This document shows, piece after piece, positions 1-8,508 of a stretch of 64,000 bases of DNA. The notes below the pieces were generated by a model. It saw only the letters and a program-made list of their open reading frames with translations, was not told where the DNA came from and searched no databases. How positions within the stretch are numbered: position 1 is the stretch's first letter; each line of letters opens with the position of its first letter. The translations under genes and the position numbers were made by a program. The stretch lies in the NCBI GenBank assembly GCA_000092065.1, contig CP000581.1; one strand, given 5' to 3'. This stretch comes from Ostreococcus lucimarinus (lineage: Eukaryota).

Positions 1-599
1 CGACGTGCTCGCGAAGAGGCGGCGACGGATTGGCGTTTGTGATACAAAACGCCGATGGAAGGGCGCTGGGGGGGGGAGGAGGACAGATTGGGTACGGGGG
101 GATCGTGAACTGCGTCGCGGTGGAGTTCGACACGTTTCACGACGCGCATTCGAGAGACCCGTATCATAACCACGTGGCGGTTATGACGCGCGGCGCGAAG
201 GCGCCGGCGTTGGCGACGCACGACGCGGCGATCGGGACGAGCGTGACGGTGCCGAATTTATCCGACGGTGAGCGTCACGTCGTGCGCGTGGTCTACGACC
301 CAGACTTTGTCCCCGAGGACGCGTCGCACAAGAGTTTCCGCGGCGGCGCGTACCTGCTCGATTTGATGCGCGACTACAAGCACGGTTTAGGAACGATGAA
401 AGTCTTCATCGACGATCTCGCCGATCCCGTCTTGACGGTGCCGATCAACTTGGCCGCGTTCATGGACTTGGACAACGGTCGCGCCTGGGTCGGTTTCACC
501 GCCGCGACCGGGCGTTCGATGCAGAACCACGACGTGCAGAGTTTTTCGTTTCGCGAGCGCGTCGGCGGCGGCTTTGTTCCCGGCGTCGCCGTCGCGTGA
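1..599 (+). CDS. Legume-type (L-type) lectin domain protein, 5' partial (continues upstream of window)
   Basis: Open frame from position 3 with no upstream stop. Translation ...GDGLAFVIQNADGRALGGGGGQIGYGGIVNCVAVEFDTFHDAHSRDPYHNHVAVMTRG... matches the legume lectin core (GDGLAFF...VAVEFDT...DP..HIGI). Stop at 597..599. Confidence 0.6.
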   Translation, partial: TCSRRGGDGLAFVIQNADGRALGGGGGQIGYGGIVNCVAVEFDTFHDAHSRDPYHNHVAVMTRGAKAPALATHDAAIGTSVTVPNLSDGERHVVRVVYDPDFVPEDASHKSFRGGAYLLDLMRDYKHGLGTMKVFIDDLADPVLTVPINLAAFMDLDNGRAWVGFTAATGRSMQNHDVQSFSFRERVGGGFVPGVAVA

Positions 600-916
600 T
601 CACCGTCTCCATTCCTGTTGTACAATACCATCGCATCGCACGTGTCGCGTTCGCATCTTTCGCATCCATCGCTCATCTCTCGCGCTCGTCCGTTCGTTCG
701 AGTCCGATCCGATCCTCGTTCGATTCGCCGCGCTCTGACTGTCGAAGTTTCTCGAATCGCGCGCTCGATCGCGATCGCCATTCCGCGCCGCGCCCGCGCG
801 TCTGTCGTCGCCGCGCGCTCGCGCACGACTCGCACTCGCGCGCGCACGGCTCGCGCACGCTCGCGCGCGACTCGCGGAGCGCGAACGCGCGTCGTCGACG
901 CCGCATTCGTCGAAAG

Positions 917-1585
917 ATGGCGACGATGGCGCGCGTCGTCGCGATGGCGTTCGCGACGCTCGCGCTCGTCGCGGGCGCCGACGCGAGCGCGTTCGTCGGC
1001 ACGGACGCGAACTTCGATCGCGAGGTGATGAACTCGGGGAAACACGTCTTCGTGAAGTACCTCGCGCCGTGGTGAGGACACTGCAAGTCGATGAAACCGG
1101 CGTGGGATCGACTTGGGGCGGATTACAAGGACAGCGCGAGCGTGATGATCGTCGACGTGGATTGCACGGCGGAGGGATCTGGAACGTGCGCAAAGGTTGG
1201 AGTGAAGGGATACCCGACGATAAAGTATTACCCGGCGGGGGATAAGAAGGGTAAGGATTACCAGGGCGGACGGGATTACGACGCGTTGAAGTCGTTCGTG
1301 ACGAAGACGCTGGATAAGCCGTTGTGCGACGCGGCGACGAAGAAGGGGTGCGCGAAGAACGAAGTCGAATTCTTGAAGAAGATGGACGGTAAGTCGAAGT
1401 CTGAACTCAAAAGCGAGTTGAAGGAAAAGACTGCCGAGTTGAACGAAATCAAGAAGGAGATGAAGGCGGCGACAAAGGAGTTCAACGCGAAGACGCAAGC
1501 GTGGAAGAAGCGCCAAGCCGTCATAAACCGCGCGAACAAGCTCCTCAACGACCTCATCGCGGCGTCGGACAAGACTGAGCTTTAA
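917..1585 (+). CDS. Selenoprotein: PDI-like ER thioredoxin-fold protein with in-frame UGA (Sec) at 1073..1075 replacing the first Cys of the CGHC active site
   Basis: ORFs 596..1075 and 1091..1585 are in the same frame and separated only by TGA. Read through, it gives MATMARVVAMAFATLALVAG (signal peptide) ...[30 protein letters not shown]..., the canonical thioredoxin/PDI motif (FVxFYAPWCGHCKxLxPxW) with TGA on the first Cys. First in-frame ATG is at 917. C-terminal Lys-rich tail ends in KTEL (KDEL-type ER retrieval). SECIS candidate 1652..1706 lies in the 3' UTR. Confidence 0.75.
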
Positions 1586-1651
1586 AACCGCGGTCATTTA
1601 TCAAGATACGAACCGTTACCACGCGAGTGCGTAGTCCGAAGTTGAGAACAC

Positions 1652-1706
1652 ACGTGACGTTTCGTCTCAAAGATCGCTTTCACGCGATTGAGACGCGACT
1701 GATTTT
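1652..1706 (+). promoter_or_regulatory. Candidate type-II SECIS element in the 3' UTR of the Sec-PDI gene
   Basis: Hand-folded: 5' quartet U1655-G-A-C1658 opposite 3' U1700-G-A-U1703 (tandem G.A/A.G). Helix 2 of about 10 bp (G1659..C1668 with C1699..G1690, one mismatch). Unpaired A1669-A-A-G internal loop. 5-bp ministem AUCGC/GCGAU (1673..1677/1684..1688) with a UUUCAC apical loop. The preceding base is G (GUGA rather than AUGA), a non-canonical variant. Located about 70 nt past the stop codon. Confidence 0.55.
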
Positions 1707-1827
1707 GACAACGGAGGATGAAAAACGCTTCACCGCAACGAATAATCAAGATAAATTTTTCATGTAATGGAAAGAATCAAACAACAATCGCTTATTAGTG
1801 TGTGCCTAGAGTGACTTCGAGTGATCT

Positions 1828-4308
1828 CTATAAGTTGGCGGACTCATCTTCGGAGTCTTGCGCGTGGATGTCGTAAACCTCGCGCACAATCTTCGGACCG
1901 TTGGAAAGGCAAATACCCTGGCGGTCCGCCGTGACAAGGATTGTGTCGTCTTCGTTGAACACACCTCGCAACATCGCATTAGCCAAGGGCTGAATGAGTT
2001 CTCGTTGAATCGCCCGACGCACCGGACGCGCACCGTACGCCGGATCGTATCCTTGTCGCGCCAAGTGCTCGATGGCGCTTCTGTCCAACGAGAGGTTCAT
2101 GCGCTGGGTGTCGATGCGCTGCGACAACTTCTTCGTTTGCAACTGCACAATCTCTTCGATTTGGGCGTGCGTCAACGGCTCAAAAACAATAAACTCGTCG
2201 AGACGGTTGACGAATTCGGGGCGGAAGTGCGAGCGAACGTGCTGCATGACCGCATCCTTGACGTTCACCTTGTTGCGACGCTTGTTGGCGTAGGAAATCT
2301 CATCCGAACCCAAGTTGGAAGTCATGATGATCAAGCAGTTACGGAAAGACACGTTGCGACCTTGCGTGTCGGTGACGTGGCCCTCATCCAGAAGTTGCAA
2401 CAAGACGTTGAAAACGTCCACGTGCGCCTTTTCAATTTCATCAAACAACACGACCGAATACGGTTTTTGACGGACCGCATCCGTCAACATACCGCCCTCG
2501 TCGTAGCCCACGTAGCCCGGAGGGGCGCCGATCAAGCGCGCGACGGAGTGCTTCTCCATGTATTCGCTCATATCAAGACGCACCAGAGCGGTGTCGGAGT
2601 TGAACAAATAGCTCGCCAAGGCTTTGGCGAGCTCCGTCTTACCCACACCAGTCGGGCCGAGGAACATGAAGGACGCCACCGGTCCGTTCGGATCGGCGAG
2701 ATCGGCTCGAGATCGCTGCACCGCCTCCGCGACAGACGTCACCGCGGCTTCTTGTCCGATCACGCGCTGATGAAGCTCGGCCTCGAGTTGCAACAGCTTG
2801 GCCTTCTCGCTCGACACAAGCTTGGCGACAGGCACACCCGTCCAACGGCTCACCACGGCGGCGACGTCGTTGTCGGTGACTTCTTCGCGCATCATGGCGC
2901 CGCCGTCTTTGAGTTCGAGCACGGCTGCCTCAGCCGCGGTGAGTTCATCTTCCGTCGTTTTGACTTGCTGTTCAAGCTTTTTCAATTCAGCTTGAGCGCG
3001 CCCGAGCTCGGCGGCGAGCACGGATCCAGCCTCGGCTTGGGTCGCCTGCGCGATTTTCATCTTGGCGTTTTCAACCTTGCGCTTGATGAAAGAGTTGTTC
3101 GCGTACGCGCGACGGTACTCGTCTTGAATGCGACGCTCCGTGTCATACTTGCTTTGCATCTCCTTGCGAGCCTTCTTCTCCACGCTAAGCGCGGCCGCAA
3201 TCTTCTGCAGCTCGGCGGCGGCGACGTTGGAAGTCCCCGCCTTGGCCAATTCGCCCGCGTTCTTGCGCAAGAGTTGATCGCGCTCCTTTTGAAGCTGCGC
3301 AATCTTGCGGTCCGCCATGTCCAAGCCGTCTGGCTTATGCGTCTTCATCATACGCACCGCAGCCGCGGCTTCATCGAGCAAATCGATCGCCTTATCCGGC
3401 AACTGGCGTCCGGAGACGTAGCGCGCGGATAACTGCGCCGCCGCCAAGAGAGCGCCTTCGCTGATGGCGATGTTGTGATGCTGCTCGTAACGCGGTCGCA
3501 GTCCCCGCAAAATGCTCACCGTATCATCTACGTTTGGTTCCTCCACCGGAACCTGCTGGAATCGGCGCTCTAACGCGGCATCTTGTTCGATAGTCTTCTT
3601 AAACTTGTCCGCCGACGTCGCGCCGACGCACCGAAGCAAGCCTCGCCCGAGGGCGGGTTTGAGAATCGCGGCTCCGTTGTTATTCATCGGCGGCGCCGGG
3701 CAAAGATTGTGAATATCATCGATGAACAACACCACCGGTCCCTTGGCCGTCGCGTCCACGACTTCTTGCACGATAATCGTCAAGCGCTCTTCAAATTCAC
3801 CGGGCATTTGGCACCCCGCGCCGACGGCGCCGAGGTCGACTTCGAGAAGCTTCGCCCCTCGCAGCGCCTGCGGCACGTCGTCGTTGACGATGCGTTGCGC
3901 CAAACCCTCGACGATGGCCGTCTTACCGACCCCAGACTGCCCGAGCAACACGGGGTTGTTCTTCGTTCGTCGACACAAGATGTGAATCAACCGTCGCACC
4001 TCCTCCTCGCGACCGACGAGCGGGTCGAGAAGGCCTCGACGCGCCTCATCCGTCACGTCGGTGCAAAACCGCTCGAGCGCGCTCAACTCCTCGTCCTCGG
4101 GATTTTGTGCACCGTTCTGCTGCTGCTGCATTTGCTGCATTTGTTGCTGCATCTGCCGCATCATCGCGATCTGCGCATCCTCTCTCGCGCTCGCGACGCT
4201 CGGCTTGGCCGCGTCGTCCACCGCGAACGCATTCGCCGCCCCCTGCGCGTCGTAAACCGCGCGTCGCGACATCGTCAGTCTTCGCGTCCACGCGCCGCGT
4301 CGCGCCAC
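1828..4308 (-). CDS. ClpB/Hsp104-family AAA+ disaggregase lacking the Clp-N domain (Hsp78-like), poly-Q near N-terminus
   Basis: 826 aa. NBD1 has LLDPLVGREEEVRRLIHILCRRTKNNPVLLGQSGVGKTAIVEGLAQRIV (Walker A). Middle coiled-coil region present. NBD2 has GPTGVGKTELAKALA and a sensor region. There are about 75 aa before NBD1 (no N-domain), as in mitochondrial Hsp78. MMRQMQQQMQQMQQQQ repeat. The listed start may not be ATG. Confidence 0.85.
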   Translation of the reverse strand: MARRGAWTRRLTMSRRAVYDAQGAANAFAVDDAAKPSVASAREDAQIAMMRQMQQQMQQMQQQQNGAQNPEDEELSALERFCTDVTDEARRGLLDPLVGREEEVRRLIHILCRRTKNNPVLLGQSGVGKTAIVEGLAQRIVNDDVPQALRGAKLLEVDLGAVGAGCQMPGEFEERLTIIVQEVVDATAKGPVVLFIDDIHNLCPAPPMNNNGAAILKPALGRGLLRCVGATSADKFKKTIEQDAALERRFQQVPVEEPNVDDTVSILRGLRPRYEQHHNIAISEGALLAAAQLSARYVSGRQLPDKAIDLLDEAAAAVRMMKTHKPDGLDMADRKIAQLQKERDQLLRKNAGELAKAGTSNVAAAELQKIAAALSVEKKARKEMQSKYDTERRIQDEYRRAYANNSFIKRKVENAKMKIAQATQAEAGSVLAAELGRAQAELKKLEQQVKTTEDELTAAEAAVLELKDGGAMMREEVTDNDVAAVVSRWTGVPVAKLVSSEKAKLLQLEAELHQRVIGQEAAVTSVAEAVQRSRADLADPNGPVASFMFLGPTGVGKTELAKALASYLFNSDTALVRLDMSEYMEKHSVARLIGAPPGYVGYDEGGMLTDAVRQKPYSVVLFDEIEKAHVDVFNVLLQLLDEGHVTDTQGRNVSFRNCLIIMTSNLGSDEISYANKRRNKVNVKDAVMQHVRSHFRPEFVNRLDEFIVFEPLTHAQIEEIVQLQTKKLSQRIDTQRMNLSLDRSAIEHLARQGYDPAYGARPVRRAIQRELIQPLANAMLRGVFNEDDTILVTADRQGICLSNGPKIVREVYDIHAQDSEDESANL

Positions 4309-4336
4309 CGCGCGTCTCGCGCGCGCTCTCCCGCGC

Positions 4337-4350
4337 CTCTCTCTCTCTCT
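4337..4350. repeat. (CT)7 microsatellite in the ClpB / SAMHD1-like divergent intergenic region
   Basis: ctctctctctctct seen directly. Confidence 0.8.
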
Positions 4351-5117
4351 CCCGCGCCTCCTCGCGCTCCCCTACCCCTCGCCGCGCTCGCGCCGCGTCC
4401 CGCTCGACCCGCGGAACCTCGCGGAAGCTCCGATCGCCCCCTACCCCCGCGCCTTCCCACCGCGCGCGCCCCTCCCGCGCCTCGTCCGCGCTCGCACAGC
4501 GTTCAAATCGCGCGCTCGCGTCGTCGACGCACCGCGAGCATGCTCGAGATCGCCGCGCGTATCGCGCGCTGTCGCGCGATTAAAAACGCCACCGTCGTCC
4601 CGAGCGTCGCGAGCGTCACCGCGCGCTGCGTCCTCGCGTCCCGCGCCGCGAAATCGGCGCGCATCGCGGCGAGCATGACGTCGTTCGCGCGTTACCGAGC
4701 GTTCGGCGCGCGCGCGCGTCGCGCGGCGACAAAGTGGCGTCGATCGCGCGCCGCCGCCGGGCGAAAACCCAAACGCTCGAGCGGGCGCGTTCGACCCTGG
4801 ATTTGAAACCACCGCGCGAAACTCGCGAACCTGGCGCCGTCGATCGAACGCGCGTTTTTCGAACCTCGATCGAAACCGGTCGCGTCGACGCCCGCGCGAC
4901 GGCGCGACGGCGCGACACGGCGACGCCGCGCGCGATGGAGACGGACGCGTACGCGACGCCCGAGCGGCGACGCGCGCGGGCGAGCGAACCGTCGACGTCC
5001 GCGGCGCGCGCGCGCGGAAAGACGGGACATCGCGGCGCCGGCGCGTCGCCGAGAGGGCGCGCGGGCGTCAACGGCTCGGAGAGGGACGCGAGGCTCGACG
5101 ACGACAGCGCGGCGCCG

Positions 5118-6632
5118 ATGGACTCGGGGATGGAACTGCGCGCGGAGGACGACGATGATGATCCGTTCATCGCGCAGTTGAGTCAGATCGCGCACGAACC
5201 GCGGGTGCACGTGGGGGAGGAGAACGCGGCGGCGACGGCGTATTGCGCGGGGAGACGGTCGCGAGGAAAGACGTTTAACGATCCCGTGCACGGACACATG
5301 TACTTTAATCCGAAGCTGTGCGATGTGATCGATACGCCGCAAATGCAACGGTTGCGAGAGTTGAAGCAGTTGGGGACGTCGTATTACGTGTTTCCGGGAG
5401 CGGGGCATAACAGGTTCGAGCACTCGTTGGGAACGTGTCACCTGGCGAACACGGTGTTCGAGTCCATCAAGCGCAGCGCGCCCAGGCACGGGTTAGGGCT
5501 GACTGTGGAGGATAAGTTATGCGTGCAACTCGCGGGGCTGTGTCACGACATGGGCCACGGGCCGTTTTCGCACGTGTTCGATAACGAGTTTTTGCCGTTG
5601 AGACACGGTTGGGATCCGAAAGTCGTGGCGCCGTGGAATCACGAGCGCATGGGGGTGGACATGTTTTCTTGGTGCTTAGACGATAACCACATTGATTTAG
5701 AGCCTCAAGTCGTGCGGCGCGTGTGCGATTTCATCACGAGCAACGAGGAAGGAGCGAAGGAGAAGCGATTTTTGTTTGACATCATCGCCAACAAACAAAA
5801 CGGCATCGACGTGGACAAGTTCGAGTACCTGTTGCGAGATTCTTACCAGGCCGGCGTGCGCATGAGCGTGGATACGATGCGATTGACGTCGCACATGAAG
5901 GTGATCGATGACAGGATTTGCTTCAAGTCGAGTGAGGCGAACAACGTGTACGCGTTGTTCCACTCTCGAGCGTCCATGCACCAGAGCGTGTACACGCACA
6001 AAAAGGCCAAGGCGGTGGAATATATGGTGGTCGATGCATTAGTCGAAGCCGACATCGCGTGGAACGGGCGAATTAGCAACTCCATTTGGAGCGTTGAGGA
6101 TTTCATCGCGATGGACGACACGCTGCTCAAACAGATTGAATTTTGTGACGATCCCGCGCTCGCCAAGGCACGAGACATCGTGCGACGCATCCGTCGTCGC
6201 GAGTTGTACCGATTCGTGAATGAATACACCGTGCCCGAGGATCAAGTGGTGGATTTCAAGCCGGTCGAGGCGAAAGACATCACGTCATGCCAAGGAACGA
6301 ACAACATCCCGGGCGGTTTGAAACCAGACGACATCATTGTGCAGTGCCTGAAGATTGATTACGGCCAAAAAGGACACAAAGATCCCGTGGAGAACGTCAG
6401 GTTTTTCCACTACTGGGACGACGAAACCTCGTGCAGCATCGCCAAAGAGCAAATCAGTTCGCTCTTGCCGCGAAATTTCGTCCATCGCGTCGTTCGCGTC
6501 TTCAGTCGCCGCCGCGAACCAGAGTACATCGAAGCCACCGCGCAAGCCTTCTCGAATTTCCAGCGCCGTCAGCTCGGCAAAGAGGCGCAAATCACCCCGG
6601 TGAAGCGCCAGAGATTTTCGAACGATAGCTAA
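5118..6632 (+). CDS. SAMHD1-like HD-domain dNTP triphosphohydrolase
   Basis: FNDPVHGHMYFNPKLCDVIDTPQMQRLRELKQLG...HNRFEHSLGTCHLA...LAGLCHDMGHGPFSH are the HD-domain motifs of the SAMHD1/dGTPase family. ORF track starts at 4734 with GTG. ATG candidates are at 4935 and 5118, so the start is uncertain. Confidence 0.7.
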   Translation: MDSGMELRAEDDDDDPFIAQLSQIAHEPRVHVGEENAAATAYCAGRRSRGKTFNDPVHGHMYFNPKLCDVIDTPQMQRLRELKQLGTSYYVFPGAGHNRFEHSLGTCHLANTVFESIKRSAPRHGLGLTVEDKLCVQLAGLCHDMGHGPFSHVFDNEFLPLRHGWDPKVVAPWNHERMGVDMFSWCLDDNHIDLEPQVVRRVCDFITSNEEGAKEKRFLFDIIANKQNGIDVDKFEYLLRDSYQAGVRMSVDTMRLTSHMKVIDDRICFKSSEANNVYALFHSRASMHQSVYTHKKAKAVEYMVVDALVEADIAWNGRISNSIWSVEDFIAMDDTLLKQIEFCDDPALAKARDIVRRIRRRELYRFVNEYTVPEDQVVDFKPVEAKDITSCQGTNNIPGGLKPDDIIVQCLKIDYGQKGHKDPVENVRFFHYWDDETSCSIAKEQISSLLPRNFVHRVVRVFSRRREPEYIEATAQAFSNFQRRQLGKEAQITPVKRQRFSNDS

Positions 6633-6707
6633 ATATTCTTGTTTTGATTTGATTTGATACGGTGACTGCGCTCGCTCGACCGCACTCGTCGGCGCGCGTC
6701 CGTCCAG

Positions 6708-8429
6708 ATGGACGTCGACGCGAACGACGCCGCGCGCGCGCTCGCGCGCGCGTCGGCGCCTCACGTGAGCGTCGGATACGTTCTCGTGCTCACCACGCTC
6801 ATGGCGTGCGCGAGCGCGCTCGGCGCCGTCCCGTACATCGCGACGAAAAATCAACGAATTCCAAAGTCTTTCGCCGCGCTCGCCAACGCGTGCGCGTGCG
6901 GCGTCATGCTCGCCGCCTCGTTCGACCTCATACACGAAGGGCAATCGTCCGGCGCGATGAGCGTGGCGGTCGGGGTCGTCGTCGGCGCCGTGCTCATCGC
7001 CAAGGCGCAGACGTGGCTGAGCGCGCGAGACGACGGGCTGAGTTTCTTAGAATTGCGCGGCGCGGACGCGCGAAAGACGCTGATGATCGTGGGGATCATG
7101 GCTGCGCATGCGTTTGGGGAAGGCTGTGGGGTGGGGGTGTCGTTCAGCGGCGCGGGAGGGGCGAGACAGGGAAGGTTGGTGACGCTCGCAATTGGCGCAC
7201 ACAACGTGCCGGAAGGTTTAGCGGTGGCGAACGTGCTGGCGACGAGGGGTGTGAAACCGTGGCAGTGTGCGTGGTGGTGCGTGATGACGAGTCTGCCGCA
7301 ACCGTTGTTGGCGGTGCCGGCGTTCATGTTCGTAGAGACGTTTAAGCCGATGTTGCCGTTTTCGCTCGGATTCGCGGCGGGCTGCATGGTGTGGATCGTC
7401 TTCGCGGAGCTCTTGCCGGACGCTTTAGCGGATTCGAGCGACCCGAAGCACGTTGCGACGATGGTGACACTTAGCGCCGGGGCATTAGAGGTGTTCAGGA
7501 TGATCATGGAGGGGGTTGAGCGTTACGGTGAAGCCGGCAGCGCAGCGCGAGATGGCGCGGCCGTCGCCGCGTCGAGCGCCATGGACGTGGGATTGGCGGC
7601 GGCGGTGTACGCGCCAGTCGGTGTGCTGGCGCTCATTCACGTGTTTCCATCAATGATGTCGTTATCAGGTCTCGGGTCGTCGACAGGCATTGGTATCGCG
7701 GCAAGTACGGCAGGCACGAGTGCCGCGTTTCGGCTGTTGTGGGCTGTTTGGCGCGGCGCCGCGGGAGGCGCCGCATTCGTGTTTGTGGTTTTGGGTGGCT
7801 TCACGAGCGTCTTAGGAGGTATTTTGGCGATGCGTTGGACGAGTAGTCTGTCGAGTCTGCGCGACATGCGCCCGTGGAGCGATATCGACGACGACGACGC
7901 GCAAGACGTTGACATCGAGGGGCGCGTGCTCGCTCGGCGATTCGGCAACGTCTTTTTCACCCAGGAAGCCATCTTGGCGCTCTTGGCTGCCATCGGCTTC
8001 GCCATCGCGGACGGCGCGCATGCGACGTCGGCAGTGGTTTCAAACTCGTGGTATGCGTTGTTACCGGCCCTTATGCGTGCGTTTCTTCGAATCTGCCCTC
8101 TCGTGTTGATAGCGTCTTCAACGGATCGTAGACCACACGTCATCGCCGCCGTCGCCCTTGTCGGTCTCACCTTTGTGGGCTCAGCCATGTTCCTGGGCGT
8201 CAACCATTCGTCGAGTGGGACGTGTATCTTTTTCGATACGCTTGCCGCCGGCATAACGTTGATCTTCGTACACACACTCAAGCCGCTCATCGTGTTTGCC
8301 ATGATGACGAAGGGTGGCGAAATGACGGCGGGAGTATCTCTCGGCGTCGCCGTGACAACCATCTTTGCCGTGTCGTCGTGGGCGTTTTGCGCAGGCACGT
8401 TGTATTGTGATATTTCAAGCAGCATGTAG
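6708..8429 (+). CDS. ZIP-family (ZIP11/GufA-like) metal cation transporter, unusually long with a second multi-TM domain
   Basis: ATG at 6708. GAGGARQGRLVTLAIGAHNVPEGLAVANVLA is the ZIP signature HNxPEG. The first ~265 aa form a complete ZIP-like core. Residues ~300..573 form a further hydrophobic domain (...EAILALLAAIGFAIADGAHATSAVV...). Confidence 0.6.
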   Translation: MDVDANDAARALARASAPHVSVGYVLVLTTLMACASALGAVPYIATKNQRIPKSFAALANACACGVMLAASFDLIHEGQSSGAMSVAVGVVVGAVLIAKAQTWLSARDDGLSFLELRGADARKTLMIVGIMAAHAFGEGCGVGVSFSGAGGARQGRLVTLAIGAHNVPEGLAVANVLATRGVKPWQCAWWCVMTSLPQPLLAVPAFMFVETFKPMLPFSLGFAAGCMVWIVFAELLPDALADSSDPKHVATMVTLSAGALEVFRMIMEGVERYGEAGSAARDGAAVAASSAMDVGLAAAVYAPVGVLALIHVFPSMMSLSGLGSSTGIGIAASTAGTSAAFRLLWAVWRGAAGGAAFVFVVLGGFTSVLGGILAMRWTSSLSSLRDMRPWSDIDDDDAQDVDIEGRVLARRFGNVFFTQEAILALLAAIGFAIADGAHATSAVVSNSWYALLPALMRAFLRICPLVLIASSTDRRPHVIAAVALVGLTFVGSAMFLGVNHSSSGTCIFFDTLAAGITLIFVHTLKPLIVFAMMTKGGEMTAGVSLGVAVTTIFAVSSWAFCAGTLYCDISSSM

Positions 8430-8508
8430 TCACGTAGCAATAGCTAGCTAGTATTGTATATCTCTATCGATGGAAAGAGGCTACTAAAGTAAAGTACACT
8501 TTCGTTCG

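Noticed and set aside
374-1597. 407-aa minus-strand ORF
   Set aside because: Antisense to the Sec-PDI gene and the lectin 3' end. Arg-rich low complexity, no homology.
3583-5489. Several overlapping 200-400-aa ORFs (3583..4806 +, 4441..4812 -, 4616..5170 -, 4692..5489 -)
   Set aside because: They lie in the antisense of ClpB or in the GC-rich ClpB / SAMHD1-like spacer. The compositions (R, A, P, S) are those of GC-rich noise.
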